A stretch of 64,000 bases of DNA from an uncultured Clostridia bacterium. GTDB taxonomy: Bacteria > Bacillota > Clostridia > Christensenellales > UBA1242. The stretch spans positions 3,498-67,497 of the forward strand of contig CALWPD010000003.1 in the NCBI GenBank assembly GCA_944383335.1, written 5' to 3'. Positions 8,541-17,250 of the stretch are shown here, piece by piece (position 1 is the stretch's first letter; every line of letters starts with the position of its first letter). The position numbers and the translations under genes were made by a program. The notes beneath the pieces are model-generated. The model was given only the letters and a program-made list of their open reading frames with translations. It was not told the DNA's origin and did no database searches.

Positions 8541-10328
8541 ATGAAACATTTAACAAGTGAACAATTAAGGTCGATGTACATTAATTTTTTTGTCGACCAT
8601 GGACATGTACAAATTCCATCTGCATCGGTGATTCCAGAGAATGATCCAACGGTGCTTTTTACAACTGCAGGTATGCATCCGCTAGTGCCATATCTTCTTG
8701 GAGAAAAACACCCAGCGGGAAAAAGATTGACAGATTATCAAAAATGTATAAGAACAGGAGATATTGATGATGTTGGTGATTCTTCGCATTGTACATTTTT
8801 TGAGATGCTTGGAAACTGGAGCCTTGGCGATTATTTCAAAGAGCAAATGATTGCTTGGAGTTATGAATTTTTGACCAGCCCAAAATATCTTGGCATAAAT
8901 AAAGACAAAATTGCTGTTTCTGTGTTTGCTGGAGATGACGAAATGCCTCGCGACGAAGAAAGTGCATCTCTTTGGGAGAAAGCGGGAATAAAAAAAGAAG
9001 ATATTTATTATCTTTCTCGTGAGCATAACTTTTGGGGACCGGCAGGTACAACAGGACCTTGTGGAACCGACACCGAGATGTTCATAAAAGTCAAAGAAAA
9101 ATGCTCAGAAAATTGTTCTCCAGCTTGTTCTTGTGGTGCTTTTTTGGAAATTTGGAACGATGTCTTTATGGCATATAATAAAAATGCTGATGGATCATAT
9201 TCCCCACTCAAACAAAGAAATGTTGACACAGGCATGGGACTTGAAAGAACACTTTGCGTTTTAAATAATATGGAGTCAGTTTATGATACCGACTTGTTTG
9301 AAAATGCTCGCAAAAAACTTGAAAATTTAACAAGTTTAAAGTATGGCGAAAATGAAAAAATCACAAAGTCTTTTCGTGTAATTTTGGACCATATCCGAAC
9401 TGCTGTGTTCATGCTTGGCGATCAAAATGGAATTGTTCCAAGCAATGTGGATCAAGGATATATTTTACGAAGGATTTTGCGTGGAGCAATTCGACATGCA
9501 CGCACTGTAGGGCTTAAAGAAGATGGTCTCAATCAAATTGCAAAAGAATATGTTGAAAAATATAAAGATGTATATCCGGAGCTTGAGGAAAACCGCCAAA
9601 AAATTGATGAAGAGATAACAAAAGAATATAAAAAATTCATGCGCACACTTGAAAGCGGATTAAAAGAGTTTGAACGCACAGTCAAAAAACTTGACGGCGA
9701 CACCATTGATGGATTAACTGCTTTTCATCTTTTTGATACATTTGGTTTTCCGCTTGAAATGACTGTTGAACTTGCTAAAGAAAATGGTTTGAAAGTTGAT
9801 ATTGATGGGTATAAAGAAGCCTTTAAGAAACATCAAGAAATTTCCCGTGCTGGCAGTGAACAAAAGTTTGCTTGTGGACTGGCAGATAATCAAGAGGCGA
9901 CAACACACCTTCATACCGCAACACATCTTTTGCACGCAGCATTAAAAAAAGTAATTTCGACAGATATAAACCAAAAGGGTAGTAACATAACGGCAGAAAG
10001 ACTCCGCTTTGATTTTAATTTGGAGCGTCCTTGCACCAAAGAGGAACTTCAAAAAATTGAAGATTTGGTGAACGATGTCATAAAGCAAAATATTCCAGTA
10101 GTAATGGAAGAGATGACAGTAGAAGAAGCCAAAAATGGTGGTTTCATAGGATTATTTACAAACAAGTATGGCGATAAGGTTAAAACTTATAGGATAGGCG
10201 ATTTTTCCAAAGAAATTTGTGGGGGTCCGCATGCGAATAGCACTGGCGAACTTGGACATTTTAAAATTGTAAAAGAGCAGTCATGCAGTGCTGGAGTTAG
10301 AAGAATAAAAGCAATACTTGAAAAATAA
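8541..10328 (+). CDS. alaS: Alanyl-tRNA synthetase, compact form lacking the C-Ala domain
   Basis: FTTAGMHP, TFFEMLGNWSLGDYFK, editing-site HTATHLLH and CGGPH. The protein ends at 595 aa, shortly after the CxxxH motif. Confidence 0.85.
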   Translation: MKHLTSEQLRSMYINFFVDHGHVQIPSASVIPENDPTVLFTTAGMHPLVPYLLGEKHPAGKRLTDYQKCIRTGDIDDVGDSSHCTFFEMLGNWSLGDYFKEQMIAWSYEFLTSPKYLGINKDKIAVSVFAGDDEMPRDEESASLWEKAGIKKEDIYYLSREHNFWGPAGTTGPCGTDTEMFIKVKEKCSENCSPACSCGAFLEIWNDVFMAYNKNADGSYSPLKQRNVDTGMGLERTLCVLNNMESVYDTDLFENARKKLENLTSLKYGENEKITKSFRVILDHIRTAVFMLGDQNGIVPSNVDQGYILRRILRGAIRHARTVGLKEDGLNQIAKEYVEKYKDVYPELEENRQKIDEEITKEYKKFMRTLESGLKEFERTVKKLDGDTIDGLTAFHLFDTFGFPLEMTVELAKENGLKVDIDGYKEAFKKHQEISRAGSEQKFACGLADNQEATTHLHTATHLLHAALKKVISTDINQKGSNITAERLRFDFNLERPCTKEELQKIEDLVNDVIKQNIPVVMEEMTVEEAKNGGFIGLFTNKYGDKVKTYRIGDFSKEICGGPHANSTGELGHFKIVKEQSCSAGVRRIKAILEK

Positions 10329-10353
10329 CTTCACATAGTTGTGAGGTTTTTTT
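10328..10353 (+). terminator. Rho-independent terminator after alaS
   Basis: Stem ACTTCACA/TGTGAGGT, loop TAGT, then a T-run. Confidence 0.75.
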
Positions 10354-10412
10354 CTTAAACATTGGTTTTTTTACACGGATATGTTAATATATTAGTCAGT
10401 AGAGAGTGGATT

Positions 10413-11282
10413 ATGAAGTTTGATTTAAATAAAATTTTTGCAAAACGAAAAGCAAAAGTTGGAATTGCATTTGGTGGCGGTGGAGCAAGAGGATTTGCTC
10501 ATCTTGGCGTCATTAAAGCATTTGAAGAATATGGTATAAAGGCAAGTGATTTTGCTTTTATTTGCGGTACAAGCGCTGGTAGTATTATTGGCGCATTTTA
10601 TGCTGCAGGTTACACTTTTAGCCAAATGATGAAAATAGCAAAGAGCATTAAAGAAGAAGATATCCGCACAAACAAAATACCATTTATGCCATCTAAAACT
10701 GATGGGATAATTGACATTATGACCAAAAATCTTGGAGATTTAAACATAGAAGATTTACCATATCCATATGCATGCGTAGCATGTGATATAAAGTCTACAA
10801 AAGAGATAATCATAAAAAAAGGCAACCTTGCTAAAGCCGTTGCTGGAAGTTGCTGTGTTCCAGGTGTTTTTGTGCCTGTTGTGTTTGAAAAATATCATCT
10901 TTGTGATGGCGGGCTTAAAAACACTATTCCAACCAATGTACCCAAAAAATTTGGGTGTGATTATTGTATTGGTGTGGATGTAAACAAACATCGTACATAT
11001 GGTACAGATAGTTTAAAACTTGTGGATGTTGTGTCATGTTCTATACGGATTTTAATGGAAAATACAGCACTTCGTGGATACCTTAGTGCCGATGTGATGA
11101 TCGGTCCGGAAACCAAGCGGTTCTCTGCATCCAAGACCGAAGGTATGATGGATATGGTGGACGAGGGTTATAAAGAAGCTATTGACAAAATGCCTGAAAT
11201 TTTGGCATTACTTAGTAAAAAACCACCAAAAGGCAAATATAAAGAAAAATTCAGTCGAGAGGAAGCAGAGGTTAATGGCTAA
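10413..11282 (+). CDS. Patatin-like phospholipase
   Basis: GGGGARGFAHLGV (oxyanion), GTSAGS (nucleophile elbow) and DGG (Asp). ATG at 10413 with an upstream GAGAGTGGA is preferred over the TTG at 10362. Confidence 0.85.
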   Translation: MKFDLNKIFAKRKAKVGIAFGGGGARGFAHLGVIKAFEEYGIKASDFAFICGTSAGSIIGAFYAAGYTFSQMMKIAKSIKEEDIRTNKIPFMPSKTDGIIDIMTKNLGDLNIEDLPYPYACVACDIKSTKEIIIKKGNLAKAVAGSCCVPGVFVPVVFEKYHLCDGGLKNTIPTNVPKKFGCDYCIGVDVNKHRTYGTDSLKLVDVVSCSIRILMENTALRGYLSADVMIGPETKRFSASKTEGMMDMVDEGYKEAIDKMPEILALLSKKPPKGKYKEKFSREEAEVNG

Positions 11283-12426
11283 AGCAAAGCAAAAGAGAAA
11301 TTTGAAATTAAGATTATTGATATTTATCGCTATTTCTGTAATAGTTTGTTCTACATTTTTCTTTAATGATATTTTGGAAGTTTGGGTAAATGAACTAATC
11401 AATCCACCAATTTCAGAAGATGTCGAAAACTGCGAACTTAAGTTACACATAATTGATGTTGGTCAAGGTGATAGTATACTTGTAGAATTTCCAGATAATA
11501 AAGTTATGCTTGTGGATTCTGGAGACAATTCAAACGAAGATGATCTTTTGAAATATTTAAACCAAATTTTTGCCACAAGATCAGATAGAGATATTGATTA
11601 TTTTATAGCAACACATCAGGATCGAGACCATGTTGGCGGTGCTGATGTTGTGTTTGATAATTTTAATGTACTTACATTTTTTAGACCAAATGTTTATACT
11701 GATGATGAAATGAAGGAATTGGGATATGTTTCTTCTCAAGTAAATACTTGCAACACTGATTGCTATACAACAATGATTGAAAAAGCCAATTTGGAAAAAT
11801 GTAAAATGTATGTCTCTCAAACAATGATAAACCCATTATCTCTAAAAAGTGATTGTGAATACGAGGTTCAATTCTTATCCCCATCAAAGTCAAAGTATAC
11901 CGATGCAAACAACTATTCTCCAATTATTCTCATTGAATATAAATATCGTAAAATATTACTTACCGGAGATGCTGAAACATTGGTAGAAAATGAGGTTTTA
12001 GAAAATTATGGAGACATTCCAAACTTTTTGGATTGTGATATTTTAAAGTTAGGTCATCATGGCAGCAATACATCTACATCACAAGAATTTTTGGAAGCAG
12101 TAAATCCAAGTTATGCAGTAATCTCAGTTGGCGAGGGAAATGGTTACAAACATCCAAGTGATGAAGTGGTGGCCCGTGTTGCGAGTCTGATAGGTGAACA
12201 AAATATCTTTCGTACCGACACTATGGGGAATGTGGTGTTTGGAATAGATGCCGATAGTTTGACGGCGGGTAAGGGTGAAATTTTGATAACAACATTAAAA
12301 GGAGTAGTGTTTAATATACATATTGAATGGTGGTGCGTAGTGCTTGGCATAGAGTGTTTACTTTTTGTGATAGGTTCTTGCACCAAAGAAAAAATTACGA
12401 GAATAATATTGCCTTATTTTAACTAA
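11275..12426 (+). CDS. ComEC/Rec2-related MBL-fold hydrolase (membrane-anchored, MBL domain only)
   Basis: N-terminal TM helix, then IIDVGQGDSILVEF, ATHQDRDHVGG and LKLGHHGS. ATG at 11275 overlaps the patatin stop, with RBS GAGG. Confidence 0.7.
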   Translation: MAKAKQKRNLKLRLLIFIAISVIVCSTFFFNDILEVWVNELINPPISEDVENCELKLHIIDVGQGDSILVEFPDNKVMLVDSGDNSNEDDLLKYLNQIFATRSDRDIDYFIATHQDRDHVGGADVVFDNFNVLTFFRPNVYTDDEMKELGYVSSQVNTCNTDCYTTMIEKANLEKCKMYVSQTMINPLSLKSDCEYEVQFLSPSKSKYTDANNYSPIILIEYKYRKILLTGDAETLVENEVLENYGDIPNFLDCDILKLGHHGSNTSTSQEFLEAVNPSYAVISVGEGNGYKHPSDEVVARVASLIGEQNIFRTDTMGNVVFGIDADSLTAGKGEILITTLKGVVFNIHIEWWCVVLGIECLLFVIGSCTKEKITRIILPYFN

Positions 12427-12497
12427 TTTCTCACCTTCATACTTTTTGATAGTTGTAAGGTCATTAGTTTGCTGATAGGTATGATTTGCTAATTTAG

Positions 12498-12530
12498 AAA
12501 TCCAAATCTTATAAAAGGTTTGGATTTTTA
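12498..12530 (+). terminator. Rho-independent terminator
   Basis: Stem AAATCCAAA/TTTGGATTT with a 12-nt loop and a T-rich tail. Confidence 0.65.
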
Positions 12531-12603
12531 AATTTATAAAGCTTCAATTTGACATCATTATGATGATTATGTTACACTTGATTGTTTAAAAAGGACAAGA
12601 AAT

Positions 12604-15600
12604 ATGAAAAAAGAGCAAGGCTTACCAAATTTTGTAAGATTAGAAAAAGACATATTAGATTTTTGGGATAAGGAACATTGTTTTGAAAAAATGCGAGACC
12701 AAAATTCCAAAACAGGCAAATGGTATCCTTTTTTGGATGGACCGATAACTGCCAACAACGAAATGAAACTTCACCATGTGTGGAATCGTGCATTAAAAGA
12801 TATTATGCTGCGTTATAAAAGCATGCAAGGCTATGATAGTTGTTTCCAAAATGGTTTTGATGCACAAGGGCTTTGGGTTGAAGTAAATGTTGAAAAAGAA
12901 CTTGGACTCAAGGGTAAACCTGACATCCTTTCATATGGTATGGACAAGTTTGTTGAAAAGTGTATGGAAAGGGTAAAATATTATTCGTCTATAATTTCTA
13001 ACCAGTCAAAAAGACTTGGGCAGTGGATGGACTGGGATAATTCATATTACACTAATACAGATGAGAACATAACATCAATATGGTATTTTCTTAAAAAATG
13101 TTATGAAAAAGGTTGGCTTATTGAAAAGCATAGGCCAATGCCTTGGTGTAGCCATTGTGGCACATCATTAAGCGAGCACGAAGTTGCGGATAATTACCAA
13201 GATATGGAGCACTTGGCTGTATTTTTTAAGTTGCCAATCAAAGATTCAGATTTGTCCATCGTGGTCTGGACAACAACTCCATGGACTCTTTCATCCAATG
13301 TGGCAGTGGCTGTAAATCCTGAACTTGATTATATCATCTGTAAAGTAAAAAGCACAAATAGAAAATTAATAGTTTGTAGTGATGCAAAAAAATGTTTGAA
13401 AGATGACCTTTTGAGCATTGAAAAAACTGTTAAAGGCAGTGAACTTGTTGGTCTTGAATATGAAACTTGTTTTCCACAGTTTAAACAACAACATTTTGTG
13501 CACAAAATAGTGGCTTGGGATATGGTTGACGCAACCGAAGGCTCTGGTGCCGTTCATATTGCACCTGGTTGTGGACAAGAGGACTTTGAGCTTGGTGAAA
13601 AGTTGGGACTTGAAAAAGTTTGCCCAGTTGATGAGAATGGTGTATTCTATTCAGATTTTGGATTTTTGGCGGGTAAAAAGACAACTGAAGTCGTTGATAT
13701 TGTGTTTGATGAACTAAAGAAACAGGACAAACTTTATTATACACACAAGCACAAACACCGCTATCCAATATGTTGGCGTTGTAAAAATCCACTTATATTT
13801 AGATTAAGTAAAGAGTGGTATTTAAGTGCGGATGAAATCCGTCCAGAACTTATAAAGGCAATAGACACAGTAGAATGGCAACCGGCATTCATAAAAAAAC
13901 GTATGCTTGATTGGCTAACAAATATGGGAGATTGGAATATATCTCGAAAGCGTTTTTATGGTTTGCCATTACCATTTTATAGATGCGAACATTGTGGAGA
14001 ATTGACTGTAGTTGGTTCACTTGATGAGTTAAAAAAATTGTCTAGCAATGCAGAAGTTGAAAGTTTGCCACATTTGCACCGCCCATACATCGACAAGATT
14101 GAGATAACTTGTCCAAAATGTCATCATAAAGTAAAGCGTGTATCCGAAGTTGGCGATTGTTGGTTGGATGCTGGAATAACTCCATTTAGCACAAAAAAGT
14201 ATTTCACAGATAGAAAATATTGGGAAAAAGACTTTCCCGCTGAGTGCGTAATTGAAATGAAAGAACAGATAAGGCTTTGGTTTTATTCACTGCTATTTAT
14301 GAGCGTTGCTTTGGAACATCGCGCACCATACAAAAAGGTTATTGGATTTGCGATGCTTGTTGCTGAAGATGGTTCCAAATTTAGCAAATCAGGTCCAAAC
14401 AACATAAGTTTTGATGAAGTTGTAGATAAATACGGTGCAGATGTTTTAAGATATATTTTTGCATCCAATAATATGCAAAATGACACTCGTTTTGGGTTTA
14501 ATATTTGCGATGAAACACGACGAAAAATTCTAGGGCTTTGGAATGCATATGTATTCTTTAACACATATTATGTTTTGGACAATCCAGATATAACAAAATT
14601 CAAGTCTGAAAAGTTGGATATTGTTGATAAGTGGCTAATCATCTCGGTTAACAAATTTGTTCATGATAGCATTGATAACTATGAAAATCAAAGGTACTTT
14701 AATGTTGTTAAGGACTTTGAAACTTTGATAGACAATGTCTCAAATTGGTATATTCGCACAAGTCGTAGAAGATTTTGGAAGAGCGAAGGAGATGATAAGC
14801 TTTGTGCATATTTTTCGCTTTATTATGCGCTTAAAAATATCACAAAAGTTATGGCACCAATTATGCCATTTATGTGCGAATATATCTATCAAAATCTCGT
14901 AAGATGTATAAATAAAAATTCTAAATTATCAATATTTATGGATGGCTTTGCTGATACAAGTTATGAGATAGATAATAATGACATAATTTATCAAACACAG
15001 GTTGCAAGGAATGTTATTAACTTAGCACAACGTCTCAGAAATGAAAATCAATTAAAAATCAAACAACCATTAAAAACAATGTATGTAACTGTTGACGAAA
15101 AGGCTCAAAAAGCAATACTTGCATATGAAAATATAATAAAAGATGAGTTGAATATAAAAAATATCGTCTTTGAAAACGATGCAACCAACTTTAATGATGA
15201 ATATTTGCAAGTAAACTTTAAAAAAGCGGGAGCAGTCCTAAAAGGTGATGTTCAAAAGGCAAAGGCAGAACTTTTGGAGGCTTCGGCTGACGCAATGCAA
15301 AACCTAGTTAAAGGTTATAAAAATGACAGCGTAAACCTACTTGGACAAAATTTTTCGAGTGATTTGTTTACACTTTGTTTGAAACCTAAAAAAGACTACG
15401 TTATTGCAAGCGAAAATGGTATAACTGTTGTACTTGACATAACTCTTGATGAAGACCTTATGCTTGAAGGCTTACTTCGTGAACTTGTCCGTGCAATTCA
15501 GGTACTTCGTAAAGAGAGTGGACTTAAAATTGAACAAAGAATCGAACTTGAAATCGATTCAGACGATGAAAGTATAAACAAAGTTGTAAATAAGTTTATG

Positions 15601-15714
15601 GATAAGATAATAAGCGAAGTATTAGTTACAAAATTTGGTGATGTACAAAATGCAAACATTGTGCAAACAATAATCGTTGGTGGCGAAGAAGTAGTTATAA
15701 AAATTAAGGGCTAA
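12604..15714 (+). CDS. ileS: Isoleucyl-tRNA synthetase (long form, 1036 aa)
   Basis: Class Ia architecture with KFSKS (KMSKS motif), a CP1 editing insertion and Zn-knuckle CxxC pairs. The HIGH position reads KLHH. Confidence 0.88.
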   Translation: MKKEQGLPNFVRLEKDILDFWDKEHCFEKMRDQNSKTGKWYPFLDGPITANNEMKLHHVWNRALKDIMLRYKSMQGYDSCFQNGFDAQGLWVEVNVEKELGLKGKPDILSYGMDKFVEKCMERVKYYSSIISNQSKRLGQWMDWDNSYYTNTDENITSIWYFLKKCYEKGWLIEKHRPMPWCSHCGTSLSEHEVADNYQDMEHLAVFFKLPIKDSDLSIVVWTTTPWTLSSNVAVAVNPELDYIICKVKSTNRKLIVCSDAKKCLKDDLLSIEKTVKGSELVGLEYETCFPQFKQQHFVHKIVAWDMVDATEGSGAVHIAPGCGQEDFELGEKLGLEKVCPVDENGVFYSDFGFLAGKKTTEVVDIVFDELKKQDKLYYTHKHKHRYPICWRCKNPLIFRLSKEWYLSADEIRPELIKAIDTVEWQPAFIKKRMLDWLTNMGDWNISRKRFYGLPLPFYRCEHCGELTVVGSLDELKKLSSNAEVESLPHLHRPYIDKIEITCPKCHHKVKRVSEVGDCWLDAGITPFSTKKYFTDRKYWEKDFPAECVIEMKEQIRLWFYSLLFMSVALEHRAPYKKVIGFAMLVAEDGSKFSKSGPNNISFDEVVDKYGADVLRYIFASNNMQNDTRFGFNICDETRRKILGLWNAYVFFNTYYVLDNPDITKFKSEKLDIVDKWLIISVNKFVHDSIDNYENQRYFNVVKDFETLIDNVSNWYIRTSRRRFWKSEGDDKLCAYFSLYYALKNITKVMAPIMPFMCEYIYQNLVRCINKNSKLSIFMDGFADTSYEIDNNDIIYQTQVARNVINLAQRLRNENQLKIKQPLKTMYVTVDEKAQKAILAYENIIKDELNIKNIVFENDATNFNDEYLQVNFKKAGAVLKGDVQKAKAELLEASADAMQNLVKGYKNDSVNLLGQNFSSDLFTLCLKPKKDYVIASENGITVVLDITLDEDLMLEGLLRELVRAIQVLRKESGLKIEQRIELEIDSDDESINKVVNKFMDKIISEVLVTKFGDVQNANIVQTIIVGGEEVVIKIKG

Positions 15715-15716
15715 TT

Positions 15717-16568
15717 ATGAGATATAACGAAGAATGGCAAGATTTTGAGGTAATTTCAACCTCAAAAGGTGAAAAGTTAGAGCGCTGGGGAAATGTTTAT
15801 CTTTTGCGCCCCGATCCGCAAGTTATTTGGAACACAGAAAAATCTTTAAAAATTCCAGAACTTTGTGCACATTATCACCGTAGTAAATCAGGTGGTGGCA
15901 AGTGGGAATATTTAAAAAAAATTCCGGCAGAGTGGGTGGTTTCTTGGCGTGATTTAAAATTCTTAATTAAACCGATGGGCTTTAAGCACACCGGTCTTTT
16001 TCCAGAGCAAGCAACGAATTGGGATATGATGATTTCTTTAATAAAAAATGCAAATCGTGAAATAAAAGTTTTGAATCTTTTTGGTTACACAGGTGGTGCA
16101 ACTGTTGCTTGCACAAGCGCAGGTGCCATTGTTACGCATGTTGACGCAAGTAAAAATATGGTTGAAAGATGTAAGGAAAATATTAAACTTTCCAACCTTG
16201 AAACAAAACCAATAAGGTATATTGTGGATGATTGTAAAAAGTTTGTCGAACGCGAAATAAGGCGTGGCAATCACTATGATGCCATTATTATGGATCCACC
16301 AAGTTATGGACGTGGACCAAGTGGAGAAATGTGGAAACTTGAGGACAACTTATTTGACTTTGTCAAACTTTGCAAAAATGTGCTTTCAAAAAGTCCACTT
16401 TTTGTGCTTATAAATTCTTATACAACTGGGCTTCAGCCACTTGTTTTGAACAATATATTAAAACTCGTGTTTGCAGATGGCAATATTTTATCATACGAGG
16501 TTGGTATAAAGTGTCGTGATGGGCTTATTCTCCCATGTGGCGCAAGTGGAGTAAAGGTATGGAAATAG
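15717..16568 (+). CDS. Class I SAM-dependent (RlmI/RlmK-like) RNA methyltransferase
   Basis: LNLFGYTGGATVA (SAM motif I), HVDASK, and IIMDPPSYGRGP (DPP motif). Confidence 0.7.
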   Translation: MRYNEEWQDFEVISTSKGEKLERWGNVYLLRPDPQVIWNTEKSLKIPELCAHYHRSKSGGGKWEYLKKIPAEWVVSWRDLKFLIKPMGFKHTGLFPEQATNWDMMISLIKNANREIKVLNLFGYTGGATVACTSAGAIVTHVDASKNMVERCKENIKLSNLETKPIRYIVDDCKKFVEREIRRGNHYDAIIMDPPSYGRGPSGEMWKLEDNLFDFVKLCKNVLSKSPLFVLINSYTTGLQPLVLNNILKLVFADGNILSYEVGIKCRDGLILPCGASGVKVWK

Positions 16569-17242
16569 CTATTGTTTATGAAGATAACCAAATTTTGGTA
16601 TGCATAAAACCACAAAATGTGCCATCACAAGCTGATAGTAGTAAAGATATGGATATGTTAACGCTAGTTAAACAACATATTAAACAAAGGTATCACAAGT
16701 TGGGTAATGTGTATGTTGGGCTTGTGCATAGGCTTGACAGGGTAACGGGCGGACTTATGGTGTTTGCAAAAACTTCTAAAGCAGCCAAAAGACTGAGTGA
16801 ACAAATTGCAAGACATGAGATGCAAAAGTCTTACCTTGCTATTTGTAAAGGTGTATTAAAAGATGATAAAGGAAAATTAATTGACTATTTAAAAAAAGAT
16901 AATAAAACTAACCTTGTTAAAATTGTATCTAAAACAACACCTTTTTCAAAACGTGCAGAACTTGACTATGTTGTTTTGTCCAAGAAAAATTATCTAAACT
17001 TAGTAGAAATAAATTTGCATACGGGACGAAGTCATCAAATAAGAGTTCAATTAAAAAACGCAGGTGCACCAATTTTTGGCGACCATAGATATGCAGGTGC
17101 AAAAGAAGGTAATCTCGTACTTTGGGCATATAAACTTTGTTTTATTCATCCAACCAAAAAAGAAAAAATGACATTTATTTACTTTCCACCAAATGATAAA
17201 CCTTGGAATTATTTTCAAAAAGAAATAGATAATAAAAAATAG
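16559..17242 (+). CDS. RluA-family pseudouridine synthase
   Basis: HRLDRVTGGLMVFAKT (catalytic Asp) and GRSHQIRVQL. ATG at 16559 overlaps the upstream gene end. Confidence 0.85.
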   Translation: MEIAIVYEDNQILVCIKPQNVPSQADSSKDMDMLTLVKQHIKQRYHKLGNVYVGLVHRLDRVTGGLMVFAKTSKAAKRLSEQIARHEMQKSYLAICKGVLKDDKGKLIDYLKKDNKTNLVKIVSKTTPFSKRAELDYVVLSKKNYLNLVEINLHTGRSHQIRVQLKNAGAPIFGDHRYAGAKEGNLVLWAYKLCFIHPTKKEKMTFIYFPPNDKPWNYFQKEIDNKK

Positions 17243-17250
17243 GAGTTATA

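Noticed and set aside
11182-11274. Longer start for the ComEC-like gene, overlapping 100 nt of the patatin gene
   Set aside because: The extension has no RBS and is read out of frame through a conserved gene. ATG 11275 with GAGG upstream gives a normal N-terminal signal anchor.
12567-12793. Two minus-strand ORFs (63 and 73 aa) across the ileS start
   Set aside because: They are antisense to the ileS 5' end and its promoter, with no RBS and improbable composition.
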